A stretch of DNA of 64,000 nucleotides from Longimicrobiales bacterium (GCA_965198065.1 CBDAON010000004.1:64001-128000); one strand, 5' to 3'; numbered from the stretch's first letter, positions 39,332 through 49,961 are shown. Notes: generated by a model not told the origin, from the sequence alone. Made by a program: numbers and translations.

Positions 39332-40151
39332 TCACCCGAAGAGGCACCCCCAAAAGAGGGGCGTGAGCAACGTGCGCCCGGTTCGAGCCCGGCGGACAGT
39401 CCAGCCGTCCGTGTAGACCCTCACCTGGCCGGGATAGACCCCGCCGTAAACCTCGACGGACGCCACGGACTGGACCGGGATCCCATCGAGCTCACTGTAA
39501 GAGAAGTAGGACGTCCGCTCGTCCACGCAAACGGTGACACGGCGCTCTGAGGCCGTCCTCCTGAAGGAAGAACGGGAGCGCACCGGCACACAGAGCTCGA
39601 GCGGCCCCCCCCCAACAGGGCCTGATCATGGGGAACCTCGTGCGAAGGGGGTCGAGCACGCTCCCGAAGGCGAAACTCTCCAGAGCGACTGGGCCCAAGG
39701 CGCTCATGGGTCCCGGAAACGCGTTCCGCCTGTCCTCGATGCGTTTCTCGAGCACTTCTATCCGCTCGACGAGCACCGCAGCGTCCGGCTCATTCACGAC
39801 GAGAGCCTCGATTCCCGCGAGCGGGATCGGATCGGGCTCCAGGAGCAGGACCGAGGTCCTGGTAGGCGCGGCATCGTCGAGATCGAAACGTTCCGGCAGG
39901 TAGCCGAGGCGCCGGGCGTAAATCGTGACGGGCGCCCCGGGCTCGAGCGGGAGAGCGAACGCACCGAGGGAATCCGTCACGACCACCCTGGAGGAGTCGG
40001 CAGTGAAGACCTGGACTCCGACGATCGGGTTCCGCGAGACCGCGTCCTCGACGCGGCCGCGAAGGACGACGGGCACCTGGGCGCTAACGGCGGAGGCCAG
40101 CAGCAGGTACGCCGAGGCCCCCAGCAGCGCCCATCCGGATCGCGCTCGCAT
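39332..40151 (-). CDS. Secreted carboxypeptidase-regulatory-like domain protein with plug-like C-terminus; frameshift in the C-run at about 39605-39612
   Basis: Signal peptide, LRGRVED..PI..TDSLGAF..RRLGY; C-terminal VCVDE..VEVY..VRVYT in the shifted frame, paralogous to the upstream gene. Confidence 0.7.
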
Positions 40152-41140
40152 CACCGGCACAATGGGATGACGACGCTTCTCGGGGGAGCAAAGAAGATCG
40201 GCTCGCGCAGCTCCGTGTTCCGAGCAATCATCTCCTGCATGAATTCCCGGGTGTAGATGCGGAGCATGGCTCCCCTGAACAGGAACTCGATTCTCTCGAT
40301 CTCTTCCGGCAAAAGGTAGAAAAGCGTGGAGGGCTCCCACACCCCGATCTGCTGCTGCTCGTCGATGATCACGCACCTCACCCGCTCCAGGTAGAAGCGG
40401 TACTCACCCTCGAGCACCGCGCGGAGCGTGTGCGTCCCCGCGAACCGGAGCAGACGCTGGCGGTTCATGGGCCGCATCACCACGGATCGACGGGCGGCCG
40501 CCCGCTCCTCGATCCGCTCGACCTGCTCGTCGATCATGGCCTCCACCACTGGGTCTGCCTCGAGCTCGAAGGCGTAGCTCTCGTTCTCGGTGGGCACGAT
40601 AATCGAGTCGAGCGGAAGATATCCAAACGCTCGGACGCTCACCTGGAGCCGGACGCCTTCCAGGACCCGCTCCAGCCGGAAGCGGCCCCGACGGTCGGTG
40701 CTCGCCGCCACGCCCTGGTTGGTGAGGACTTCCGCGTCCACGAGACGGATATCCATCTCGGGGTCCCGGACCCCGCCCTCGATGTCGATGGCACGGGCGC
40801 CGATGAGGAGGGAGTCTAGGAGCACGGGTGCGACCTCGAGCGGGACGCTCACGGTCGTGTCGCTTTCGACGGGAAGGAACCGGCTCTCGGAGGCATACCC
40901 GAAAGTCACGACCCGGAACGTATACCGGCCCGGCATCACCCCGTCGAACCGGAAGCTCCCGTCGGCTGAAGTGAGCGTGGATCCGTGACCCACGAGCTCG
41001 ACCCTCGCGGTCGGAATACCGGTCGTCCCGCCCTCCTCGAACACCCGGCCTTCCACTACCACTCCGGTCTGCGCCAGCGCGGCGATGGGGATGGCCACGA
41101 GGGCCAGGAGCGCGAAGGAGACTCGGTGAAGCGATCTCAA
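40151..41140 (-). CDS. Secreted protein with two carboxypeptidase-regulatory-like domains and plug-like C-terminus
   Basis: Signal peptide (ALA-Q), repeated G.V..D..GRF..FGY units, CVIIDE..IERIEF..LRIYT. Confidence 0.75.
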   Translation of the reverse strand: MRSLHRVSFALLALVAIPIAALAQTGVVVEGRVFEEGGTTGIPTARVELVGHGSTLTSADGSFRFDGVMPGRYTFRVVTFGYASESRFLPVESDTTVSVPLEVAPVLLDSLLIGARAIDIEGGVRDPEMDIRLVDAEVLTNQGVAASTDRRGRFRLERVLEGVRLQVSVRAFGYLPLDSIIVPTENESYAFELEADPVVEAMIDEQVERIEERAAARRSVVMRPMNRQRLLRFAGTHTLRAVLEGEYRFYLERVRCVIIDEQQQIGVWEPSTLFYLLPEEIERIEFLFRGAMLRIYTREFMQEMIARNTELREPIFFAPPRSVVIPLCR

Positions 41141-41233
41141 GGAGCGACTCGACCGACGTTTGTCCGTCCCTCCGCTACCCCGTGCTGCGGAAAGAACGAT
41201 GGACCCTTGCTTCGGCCTTCCGTCGGGACCGGC

Positions 41234-44200
41234 TCACCACCCCGGTTGGAGCTGGAACCCAAAGTGGCCACCCTTGCTCGGGCGCTGCCACGGGATCGCG
41301 TAGTAGAACTCCAGCACGAGGAATCCAAGCACGTTCAGTCGAGCGCTGGCGCCCGAGCTGAACACCGGGATCCGCTCCGCGGACGAACGCGCGAACTCCC
41401 AGACCGGTGGGTCGTCGGCATTCCACGCGAGCCCCGCGTCGGTGAAGAGCACGAGCTCGGTCGGGAGAAAGCCCACGTTGAGGAGCCCCATGCGATCGAC
41501 CCCCAGAAGGGGAACGCGTACCTCCGCGCTCGCGACCCCGATGCGGTTCCCGTACAGGCGTTCCCGCTCCGGACAGGTCTGGCTCGAGCACTCCCGGGGA
41601 TCGAACGAGTTATACGAGTAGCCTCGAACGAGAGACTCCCAGCCAACGTAGAAGGGCTGGAGGACGCTGTCCTCCACGCCGGCCCCGTAACGCCCGTAGT
41701 GGAAGCCCCGGAAGGCGAAAGTGAGCTCCCTGACGGGGTTGAAGTACCGCCGGTAGTCCAGGAGTATGCTCGAGTAGTCGAGATTCCCCGCCGTCACACC
41801 CAACTCCAGCCGGTAGCGGCCGCCGCGGACCGGAGACGTGAACCCGAAGAAGGAGTTGTCGCTAACCAGGGCGATACTCGAGTGCACGAAGTTGATCGGA
41901 TCGGACTGCTGCTCGCCGGTGTAATCCCCGCGCCTGTAGTCGACCAGCCGCCGGAACTGGTCGTAAACGAAGGTTTCCTCCTCGGCGTCGAACGAGTAGC
42001 GAGTGACCCCTCCCTTGACCTCGAAGCGCCGCGTGGTCGAAAACGGATACGATGCCAGGCCCATTGCTTCGGTCCAATACTCACGGAAGCGAACCTGGGT
42101 GATGGAGGTCTGGCTGTAGTCCGTGATCCCCACGTAGAGGTTGGGAACCCGGCCCGCGGCCACGCCCCAGTTCCATCGGCGCTCCATGTTCTGGTAGACG
42201 AATTGCCCCCCGATGTCCTTCAGCGTTCCCTGGGCCTGAATGGCCACGCCGAGGACCCGATTTCCCAACATGTCGGAGAAGTAGGCCGCGGCTGACCCCG
42301 ACAGGAAGTTTCCGAACTGGTCGGCCCCGACCCCGACCGAGGGCTGTCCCACGTAATCGAGGCTCAGGGAAGGGTTGTAGTCGCTAGCGTCCGCGGTCAG
42401 GTAGGTCCCCACGGGAACCAACCCAGTCTCGGGGTCGGCGAGATAGGAGACGACTCGGGACGAGACCCTGCGCTCCGGGGGTGGGACTCGCCGGCCGGCC
42501 GAGTCCATCGAGGCCAGCGTCACCGGCGCCGCCGGGGCGTCCCGCGAGTCCATCGAGTACACGTGGAGGTCGAACCCGTCGAAGACCGAGAACACCACGA
42601 TTCCGGTCTCACGGGAGACGCTCATCGCCGGCGACATCCCCGTGATCCCGGAAACCGCCGTGGCCACTTCCGTGACGCGGAAGATCGTCTCCGTCGCCAG
42701 GTCCACGCGGTAGATGTCGCTGAACCCGTCGGGATCCGAGATGAAGTAGATGCTCTGTCCATCCGGCGAGAACTGCGGATTCATGTGCCGGACGTCTCCG
42801 AACAGGTCCAGCACCTCGACCCGGCCGGTATCCGGGTTCAGGAGAGCGAGCCGCATGTCCGAGTACGTCAGATCCTCGAAGTCCGTCACGGGGCCCCGGT
42901 CGGTCACGAACGCGATCGTGCCGCCATCGGGCGAAAAGACCGGCTGGAAGTCGGCGTACCGATCATCGGTGAGCTGGGTCAGCTCGTCCGTCTCGAGAGC
43001 GAAGCGGTAGAGGTCGGTGATGCCCCCCACCTGACCGGAGAACACGAGCGAGCCTCCGTCGGGCGACCACGACGGGCTTGTGATCTCTCCGATTTCCTCG
43101 GGGAGCAAGAGACGGCGGAGGACGCTCCCGTCGTCGGCCTCCCGGAGAACGATCTCGTTCCGGCCCTGGGCGAACGTCACGATCGCGATTTGCTCGCCGT
43201 CCGGTGACCAGCCGCCGGACGAGTCAATGAAGCGAAGAGCGTCGCTGTGGGGATCAGCAGCCGCGCTTGTGAGCGTGCGAATGATCTCTCCGGTCTGCGC
43301 GTCGGCCAGATAGAGGTCGAAGCTGAAGAGGTCCCGCTCCGACATGAACACGACATAGCGACCATCGGGGCTCACAGATGGCGCCACGTTCTGCCGGCCG
43401 GCGCCGGTGGACAGTGACAGGAGAAGCGAGCCCACCTCGCCGGGAGAGGTCTTCCCCTGCATGCGCGGGCGGTAGTGAGCCTCCGCGGCCGCCCGCCACT
43501 GGGCCGAGAGCGTGTCCGAGGACACCTCGAGGACCTGATTGATCGCGGGCTCCCATCCTATCCGGAGTGCTGTGCGGAACAGGTCCACGACCCTCTCGTC
43601 CCCGTACGTCCCGCCCACGTAGGTCCAGAACGCCTGCCCGAACCGGTACGGGAAGAACCGCGTGTCCGTCGTCAACTGGGTGAGGGTCGGGAAGTCGTCG
43701 TTGAGGAGCGCGTCCCGAAGCCACATCCCCGTCAGCGGGTCCTCGGCCCCCACCGACAGGTACTCCGCCATGCCCTCAATCATCCACAGCGGGATCCGCA
43801 TGAGCCCCGGCAGGCCGCCCCCCCTTCGCGACTCCGCGAGGTTGTACTGGAAGGCGTGAACGAGCTCGTGGCCAAGCACGTGGTCCGTGGCTGCGTACGA
43901 GCCCGCGAACGGCAACACGACTCGGTTCTTGATCGACTCGGTCACGCCCCCCGTGCCCTCACTGATCTGCGCGGAGATCGTGTTCGTCTGCTGGAAGTCC
44001 GGATGATCCGCGTAGAGGATGAGAGGCTTCCTCTCCCGGAACTCGTACTGGAAGAGCCGCGCCAGCCTCTCATACCAGCGCTCCGCCATCCGACTCGCAT
44101 CCTCGACAGCCACCTCCATCCCCTCGTAAAAGTGGATGTCGAAGTGCGGTGTCGTGAGAATGTGAGTGTCGAACTCATCGTACTGGACCTTGTTACGCCC

Positions 44201-44314
44201 GAAGTACTGGGCGTCCGCCGGAGCGGGAGCCCCCATGAGCGCTACGAGGAGGAGGGCGCCCGTCGCGACGGGCGGAGTCGTTGGCGTCGGGAAAGCGAGA
44301 TCAGGAAACCTCAT
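41234..44314 (-). CDS. Omp85/BamA-family barrel protein with N-terminal gluzincin (HELVH) and PD40/TolB-like propeller
   Basis: QYFGRNKVQY, HELVH..WMIEGMAEY, repeated PSWSPDG/PQFSPDG, VRGY motif, C-terminal FGFQLQPGW. Confidence 0.85.
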   Translation of the reverse strand: MRFPDLAFPTPTTPPVATGALLLVALMGAPAPADAQYFGRNKVQYDEFDTHILTTPHFDIHFYEGMEVAVEDASRMAERWYERLARLFQYEFRERKPLILYADHPDFQQTNTISAQISEGTGGVTESIKNRVVLPFAGSYAATDHVLGHELVHAFQYNLAESRRGGGLPGLMRIPLWMIEGMAEYLSVGAEDPLTGMWLRDALLNDDFPTLTQLTTDTRFFPYRFGQAFWTYVGGTYGDERVVDLFRTALRIGWEPAINQVLEVSSDTLSAQWRAAAEAHYRPRMQGKTSPGEVGSLLLSLSTGAGRQNVAPSVSPDGRYVVFMSERDLFSFDLYLADAQTGEIIRTLTSAAADPHSDALRFIDSSGGWSPDGEQIAIVTFAQGRNEIVLREADDGSVLRRLLLPEEIGEITSPSWSPDGGSLVFSGQVGGITDLYRFALETDELTQLTDDRYADFQPVFSPDGGTIAFVTDRGPVTDFEDLTYSDMRLALLNPDTGRVEVLDLFGDVRHMNPQFSPDGQSIYFISDPDGFSDIYRVDLATETIFRVTEVATAVSGITGMSPAMSVSRETGIVVFSVFDGFDLHVYSMDSRDAPAAPVTLASMDSAGRRVPPPERRVSSRVVSYLADPETGLVPVGTYLTADASDYNPSLSLDYVGQPSVGVGADQFGNFLSGSAAAYFSDMLGNRVLGVAIQAQGTLKDIGGQFVYQNMERRWNWGVAAGRVPNLYVGITDYSQTSITQVRFREYWTEAMGLASYPFSTTRRFEVKGGVTRYSFDAEEETFVYDQFRRLVDYRRGDYTGEQQSDPINFVHSSIALVSDNSFFGFTSPVRGGRYRLELGVTAGNLDYSSILLDYRRYFNPVRELTFAFRGFHYGRYGAGVEDSVLQPFYVGWESLVRGYSYNSFDPRECSSQTCPERERLYGNRIGVASAEVRVPLLGVDRMGLLNVGFLPTELVLFTDAGLAWNADDPPVWEFARSSAERIPVFSSGASARLNVLGFLVLEFYYAIPWQRPSKGGHFGFQLQPGW

Positions 44315-44545
44315 CTGACTTCCTCTGGAAAAGCAGCGGGGGAAGGGGAGCGCCCGATCCGAGATCCGGCTCGAGACGCGTCGTCACTCCACAAATCTTC
44401 TAACCCATACCCTGGAGATGAGGTTCCAGAGGTACTCGTTAGGCGGGGCCGTGTGCTGCGAGGGCGCCGATTGCGCCCCGAAACCCCACCTCATAATGAT
44501 GAGGCCTCCTGGACCGTAGAGACTTCGCGTGGAGGAGAGCGTGGA

Positions 44546-44932
44546 ATGGACGGTGTGAACGAGATCAAGACGCCGCTGGCGCCCCGGGCAATCGGGCCGT
44601 ACTCGCAGGCCGTCGTCTCCGATGGATGGATCCATGCGTCCGGGCAGATTGCACTCGATCCGGAGACGGGGGACATAGTCGCCGGCGGTGCCGCGGAGCA
44701 GACGGACCGGGTGCTCCGAAACCTCGCGGCGGTGCTGACCGCGGCCGGCGGAGGCCTCTCTACCGTGACGAAGACGACCGTCTATCTCGTCGATCTCACG
44801 AACTTTTCCGCGATGAACGAAGTATACGAGAGGCATTTCGGTGCGCGGCGCCCGGCCCGCGCAACAGTGGAGGTGTCGAGGTTACCGAGGGATGCCATCG
44901 TGGAGATCGACGCGATCGCGAGAGTCAGCTGA
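44546..44932 (+). CDS. ridA: RidA/YjgF/YER057c family enamine deaminase
   Basis: APRAIGPYSQAV, SGQIALDP, KTTVYL, RPARATVEVSRLP..VEID. Confidence 0.92.
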   Translation: MDGVNEIKTPLAPRAIGPYSQAVVSDGWIHASGQIALDPETGDIVAGGAAEQTDRVLRNLAAVLTAAGGGLSTVTKTTVYLVDLTNFSAMNEVYERHFGARRPARATVEVSRLPRDAIVEIDAIARVS

Positions 44933-44957
44933 CCCGCTGCGGGAGGCGATGGGGCCC

Positions 44958-45326
44958 ATGAGGGTTCTTACCGCTGTCCTGACCCTGGCCGTGCTGACCG
45001 CCGGGTGCAACACGCTCCTTCGAGGAAACTGGGACCCGTTCCGGGGCAGCACCGGAGCCCAGATCCGCATCCTCGTGACGAATGAGACGCCGGGGAGCGT
45101 GATCGTCCACGCCCTCTCGCCCGCACGTCGGATAACCCTCGGTACGATCGATGGGAACGGTCGAAACAACTATTCGATCCCATGGTCGGAGCTCCAGGCC
45201 CTCCGCTTTCAAATCGAGAGCCCCGGAGGCTCGACGCACGTCACCTCGGGCTCGCTCGCCCGCCCGGGAGATCAGGTCGAGATCCGGGTCAGGGACCCGA
45301 TCGAGAGATCGGAGGTTCGGCGGTAG
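44958..45326 (+). CDS. Hypothetical lipoprotein
   Basis: Hydrophobic N-terminus with lipobox LTAGC; directly downstream of ridA. Confidence 0.6.
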   Translation: MRVLTAVLTLAVLTAGCNTLLRGNWDPFRGSTGAQIRILVTNETPGSVIVHALSPARRITLGTIDGNGRNNYSIPWSELQALRFQIESPGGSTHVTSGSLARPGDQVEIRVRDPIERSEVRR

Positions 45327-45330
45327 CGCC

Positions 45331-46407
45331 CTACCCGGGGGGCGTGGTCCGAGCGGGAAGGAACGGCACGGAGTCGCCCTGCGCGGTAATCCACCCCTCG
45401 TAGGACTGCGCCCTCCGGATCGTCCCCCCGTCGGGTAGGGTCCGCCAGATGAAGCTCTCCCGCGGAAGGAGCAGTGGGCGCCCGAACCCGTCGTCCCGCG
45501 TGTCGAAGCCAGCCCACCCCCCCGCCGACTCATCCGGCTCCGGAGTGTGGAACTCCCACTCGGCCCGCGCCACCAGGGTGTCCGGTCCCAGCTCGAGGAG
45601 CCCGGTCAGATAGGGATCTTCCCTCTCAGTTCCACAGAAGCGGAGGATCCAGCCGGCTCCGTCCGCCGTCTCGACGCGAAACCGGTGACGCTCCTCGAAG
45701 GCTTCCGACAGGAAGTGGGGCGCCAGGTCCGCCTCTAGCGGGGCGTAGCTCCAGGAGTCGTAGGATCGCTCGCTGTCGCTTCGACGGACTCGGAACGCGT
45801 AGCCGTCCCGCTCGATCCTGCGGTTCCAGCTGAGCCTGAGAAGGGGGGCCGACGACCGCTGCCCGATCAATCCTTCAGAAGTTCGGTCGGGGCCGGCGGG
45901 CTCTGAGGCGATCGTGTCGGTCCACTCCTCCGTGTAGGTGGCGATGGCGAGCGTATCGAGGCCGCTCTGGTGCAGCCTCGACGCGCCCTCGAGGAGCGCG
46001 CGGGCTGCCGGTTGATCCGGGGCAGAGCAAAGATCGACCTCTGCCTCGATCCGGAGCCCGGGGAGGGGCAGCGGAGCCGGCTCGACGACCACCGACACGG
46101 TCAGGGCTGCCTCGGGAACCGGGACGTCGGCCGGCTCGTACCCGAGACGCTCCACCCGGAGCCGCCAGGCCGGCGTCCAGCTCCTCGTGGTCGAGATCCG
46201 GAACGTCCCTTCGCGATCCGTCCACGCGGACGCCAGCATGCGGTCCCCGTCCCAGAGTTGGACGTGCGCGGACGAGACCGGGCGGCCGGAGGCGTCGGTT
46301 ACGGCACCTCCCACCATGTCGGCCGCACGGCTCCGGGCGGTTCCCGAGGCCAGGGGAAGGAGCAGCGCTGCGAAGAGGATCGCGACGCGGACAACCGGAA
46401 GCGGCAT
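45331..46407 (-). CDS. Secreted carboxypeptidase-regulatory-like domain protein
   Basis: Signal peptide; GAVTDASGRPV..A.V..TDREGTF..VERLGY. Confidence 0.7.
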   Translation of the reverse strand: MPLPVVRVAILFAALLLPLASGTARSRAADMVGGAVTDASGRPVSSAHVQLWDGDRMLASAWTDREGTFRISTTRSWTPAWRLRVERLGYEPADVPVPEAALTVSVVVEPAPLPLPGLRIEAEVDLCSAPDQPAARALLEGASRLHQSGLDTLAIATYTEEWTDTIASEPAGPDRTSEGLIGQRSSAPLLRLSWNRRIERDGYAFRVRRSDSERSYDSWSYAPLEADLAPHFLSEAFEERHRFRVETADGAGWILRFCGTEREDPYLTGLLELGPDTLVARAEWEFHTPEPDESAGGWAGFDTRDDGFGRPLLLPRESFIWRTLPDGGTIRRAQSYEGWITAQGDSVPFLPARTTPPG

Positions 46408-46639
46408 GCAACACCGTGCGCGTTGAGGAGGCGTGTTCTCACCCTTCTAACTGCGCGGGCAGGGTCGGAGTTCCCCGGGATGGTGCTTCGGACGCTCCCG
46501 ATGCGTTGCCTCGGACACTCCGCGACGGCGCTTCAGCCGCTCCCGAGACGTTGCCGCCCCGGCCCCGGGCCACTCATCTTGGGGCTTCCTCGGCTCGGCC
46601 TCCGGGCCGGCGGAAAGGGACTCCCATCCATGAGCGTCC

Positions 46640-47629
46640 GTGCCCCGACCCGTCCGCGTCATCGTCAATCCGAAAGCATCCGGAGGACGGACGGCTCGAG
46701 TGGTCGCCGACCTCGAGGCGGCGCTTCGATCAAGCGGCGTCGAGTACTCCCTGGACTTCACGCGCGCTCCGGGGCACGCGAGAGAGATGGCGCTCACGGC
46801 GCGGGGCCAGCCGTCGGCGGTCCTGGTGGTGGGCGGGGACGGGACCGTGCACGAGGTCGCGACCGGGCTTCTGTCGGGGACCACCCCCGAACGGCCCGGC
46901 CCGACGCTCCCCCCGCTCGCCGTCCTGCCCGTGGGGACTGGAAACGACTTCTGCCGTATGGTGCGCGGAGCGGGAAGCGTCGGGGGGGCCGTTCGAACGC
47001 TCCGGGAGGGCGTGGCGCGCCCGTTCGAGGTGGGGTTCGTGCGTTGGGACGGGGGACAGGCCCACTTCGTGAACTTGGTCGGGGTCGGAATCGACGTGGA
47101 GGTCCTGAAGCGTCGCGCCTCGTTCACGGCGCTTCGCGGGCTGCCCCAGTATCTCGCCGCGCTCGGGTCGGCTCTCCTCCGCTACCGCCCCGTTCGGCTG
47201 GGGGTGACGTCCTCGTCGTCGAGCGGGCCCGCCGCTTCCATGGAGCCCGCCGACTCGATGGAGGGTGAGGTCCTCCTTGCCGCGGTGACGGTGGGCCCCT
47301 CCATAGGAGGTGGGTTCCTCCTTTCGCCAGCGGCTCGACCCGACGACGGCCTCCTGGATCTCTTCGTCGCCGAGAACATGGGAATGGTCCAGGTGCTCCG
47401 GTCCCTTCCAGGAATACTCCGGGGCACGGATGAACCGACGGAGGGTGTCCATCGGCGGCAGGTCTCGGGTATCGAGCTGAGGCGACTCGACGGTGAGCCG
47501 CTCTTCTTCGAGCTGGACGGGGAGATCATGGCCGAGGGAACCACCGTTCTCGACGTGCGGATTCAGGTCGGAAGCCTCCGCGTCCTCGAGCTTCCCGAGG
47601 GGAGGCCCCAAGGGAGGGAAGACGCGTGA
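46640..47629 (+). CDS. Diacylglycerol/lipid kinase family (YegS/BmrU)
   Basis: IVNPKASGG, VGGDGTVHEV, PVGTGNDF, DDGLLD, ELDGE. Confidence 0.9.
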   Translation: MPRPVRVIVNPKASGGRTARVVADLEAALRSSGVEYSLDFTRAPGHAREMALTARGQPSAVLVVGGDGTVHEVATGLLSGTTPERPGPTLPPLAVLPVGTGNDFCRMVRGAGSVGGAVRTLREGVARPFEVGFVRWDGGQAHFVNLVGVGIDVEVLKRRASFTALRGLPQYLAALGSALLRYRPVRLGVTSSSSSGPAASMEPADSMEGEVLLAAVTVGPSIGGGFLLSPAARPDDGLLDLFVAENMGMVQVLRSLPGILRGTDEPTEGVHRRQVSGIELRRLDGEPLFFELDGEIMAEGTTVLDVRIQVGSLRVLELPEGRPQGREDA

Positions 47630-48291
47630 GCTCGGCTCGGGAGGACCCGGGCGAGCGCGTACACCGAACCCGTCGCTCTGGCCCGTTAAGCAGCGCCCGG
47701 GGCGCGGTGGGTGCCTGGATCCTGGCCGTCGCAGTCGCGCTCCCAGGTGGTGCGTTCGCACAGCAGGCAGACTCCGCCACCGTCGTCACGGTGACGCCCA
47801 GGTCTGCCTTTCTGCGCTCCCTGCTCATTCCGGGATGGGGCAACGTCGTCACCGGGTCGTACGGGCGGGGAGGACTCTACTTCGGGGCTCAGGCCGGAAG
47901 CCTGTGGATGATCGGGAAGTCGGCGCGCCGGCGTAGCGAGGCCCAGCGGCTGATAGAGATCGCGCGGCGCGCCGTGCGCGAGCGGGTCGTGCTCGGTGGA
48001 GCGACGGACCCGGCCGAGATCGAGGCAGCGGTCGAAGCCGACCCAGCCGTCGAAGAGTGGAAAGGGCTGATCGACGCGCGCGGCCAGCAGGTGGAAGACT
48101 GGACGGCCTTCTCGATCTTTCTCGTCCTCATCAGCGCAGCGGACGCGTACGTCTCGGCCCACCTGATGGACTACCCGGAGCGCCTCTCCCTAGCCACGCT
48201 TCCCCTCCCGGAGCCCGGGCGCCTGACGCTCAGCGTCCTTCCAAGCGAGACCGAGGGGATCGAGGTGCGGCTCTCCGTGGTCGTGCGCTGA
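47626..48291 (+). CDS. Hypothetical membrane protein (DUF5683-like)
   Basis: AFLRSLLIPGWG and ADAYVSAHL motifs; GTGA-coupled to the kinase gene. Confidence 0.65.
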   Translation: MSSAREDPGERVHRTRRSGPLSSARGAVGAWILAVAVALPGGAFAQQADSATVVTVTPRSAFLRSLLIPGWGNVVTGSYGRGGLYFGAQAGSLWMIGKSARRRSEAQRLIEIARRAVRERVVLGGATDPAEIEAAVEADPAVEEWKGLIDARGQQVEDWTAFSIFLVLISAADAYVSAHLMDYPERLSLATLPLPEPGRLTLSVLPSETEGIEVRLSVVVR

Positions 48292-48325
48292 GAGCACGGC
48301 AGCTCGCCGCGCCGGGTCCGACGGC

Positions 48326-49078
48326 TTACGGCGGCGCGCCGTTCCAGCGCTCGAGCCGGGGAGGGGCCCCTTCCTCCAGCACCACGTAGGTGGCGTGCGT
48401 GAGCCAGTCCCCGGAGTTGAGGTAGAAACGTCCGGGCGCGACCTCGATTCTCCTAGGAAGGTGGGTGTGGGCTAGGAGGACGATGTCCAGCTCGTCGTCC
48501 TCAAGCAGACGATCCCGCGCCCAGCGCTCGAGCTGCTCGGCCCGGAGTCGCTGCGACTCCGCAGGCGCCCCGGCCAACTCGCCGGCGTCGGTCTGGGACA
48601 CCACGCGGGCGAGGGCCGCCCCCACGTCCGGGTGGATCCAGCGAAAGCCCCATCGGGCGAGCCTGCTCCGGAGGACGGATCGCAGAATCCGGTAGCCCAG
48701 GTCCCCGGGACCGAGCCCGTCGCCGTGGGCCACGAGCGTGGTCCGGCCCGCCAGGTCAAGGCGGGTCGGCCCCTGGTGGAAGGTTACGCCGATCTCGTCC
48801 GTCAGATATGAGCCGCCCCACCAATCGTGATTCCCTCCGAATAGGTGGATCGGAACCCCTTCGTCCACCGCGCGACGAAGGGCCCCGAGTACGCGGGCGT
48901 GCCCGCGAGGGATCACCGCGCGCCACTCGAACCAGAAATCGAAAAGGTCGCCGTTCAGGACGATCGTGCCGGCTCGTGCAGCCGCATAGTCGAGCCAGCC
49001 GAGGAAGGCCTCCTCCATTCGCGGCGGGGCCGCGCCGAGGTGCTGGTCGGAAGCGACGTAGACGGAGCTGGCGGACAT
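48326..49078 (-). CDS. UDP-2,3-diacylglucosamine diphosphatase (LpxH-like metallophosphoesterase)
   Basis: SDQHLG, GDLFDFWF, GNHD, AHGD, HTH, NSGDW. Confidence 0.85.
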   Translation of the reverse strand: MSASSVYVASDQHLGAAPPRMEEAFLGWLDYAAARAGTIVLNGDLFDFWFEWRAVIPRGHARVLGALRRAVDEGVPIHLFGGNHDWWGGSYLTDEIGVTFHQGPTRLDLAGRTTLVAHGDGLGPGDLGYRILRSVLRSRLARWGFRWIHPDVGAALARVVSQTDAGELAGAPAESQRLRAEQLERWARDRLLEDDELDIVLLAHTHLPRRIEVAPGRFYLNSGDWLTHATYVVLEEGAPPRLERWNGAPP

Positions 49079-49214
49079 GGGGCGGAACTTAGGTCTGGGC
49101 ACAGGGGCGGGGAAGCCGCGCCGCGATGACCCACGAGGGTCCCGCCGTTATGTTCCTCTCGAGATGTCGGAAGGGGTTCCGATGCCCGCGGCGGAGGCGC
49201 GGATGCACTCGCGG

Positions 49215-49961
49215 ATGAACCGTAGCCTGGACGCCGGGAGGGGCTCCGGACCGAGACGTCCGGGGGAGAGACGCCTGCCTCTTCGGGGCGCGGCGTGGCT
49301 CCTTGTGGCGTCCGCGCCGTTCCATCTCGGGGGATGCGCTTCGGCCGCTCCGCTGCCTCCCCTTGCGCTCCTCGACGCGGGACAGCTGGCCCGGGCCGCC
49401 GAGGGAGTTTCGGCGCTGGATGCGGCGTACCAGCTCGTCTTCGAGTGGAGCCTGGACGAGCCGAGCGCGCGCCTCCGGGGGCGAGGCGTGGCTCGGATCG
49501 AGCCGCCCTATAGAGCCCGCCTCGATCTCTTTCTCACCAACGGGGAACGGGCTGCCGCGGCGGCTCTGGTGGAGGACGAGCTCCGCACCGCAGAGGGAGG
49601 ACGAGCGGACCTCCCGCCACCCCCGTTCCTCTGGGGTGCATTCGGGGTGTTTCGACCGGGGGAATCGAGCGTGCTGGAGGGGGGTACGGGAACCCGGGCT
49701 GGCGCTTCGGAGCTCCGGTACCTGCCCGCCGGGGGGGGAGAGCTCCGCTTCCAGCTCGAGAACGGGCGGCTGCAGGGCATGGAGGTCGTGAGCGCAGACC
49801 GTGCAGTCGAGCAGCTCCAGCTCGTCCTGCCCGAGGGGGAGCGTTTCCCGCGGCAGGCCATGTACCGGAACTTGGAGCAGGTGCGGGAGCTCCGGATCAC
49901 ACTCGAGGCGGTGGAGAGTGTCGAGACTTTCCCTTCGGAGATCTGGGACCCGGCGTCCTGA
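49215..49961 (+). CDS. Hypothetical lipoprotein (start uncertain)
   Basis: Lipobox-like LGGC; G.GVARIEPPYRARLDLF; first gene of the lptE-hemC-rph operon. Confidence 0.6.
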   Translation: MNRSLDAGRGSGPRRPGERRLPLRGAAWLLVASAPFHLGGCASAAPLPPLALLDAGQLARAAEGVSALDAAYQLVFEWSLDEPSARLRGRGVARIEPPYRARLDLFLTNGERAAAAALVEDELRTAEGGRADLPPPPFLWGAFGVFRPGESSVLEGGTGTRAGASELRYLPAGGGELRFQLENGRLQGMEVVSADRAVEQLQLVLPEGERFPRQAMYRNLEQVRELRITLEAVESVETFPSEIWDPAS

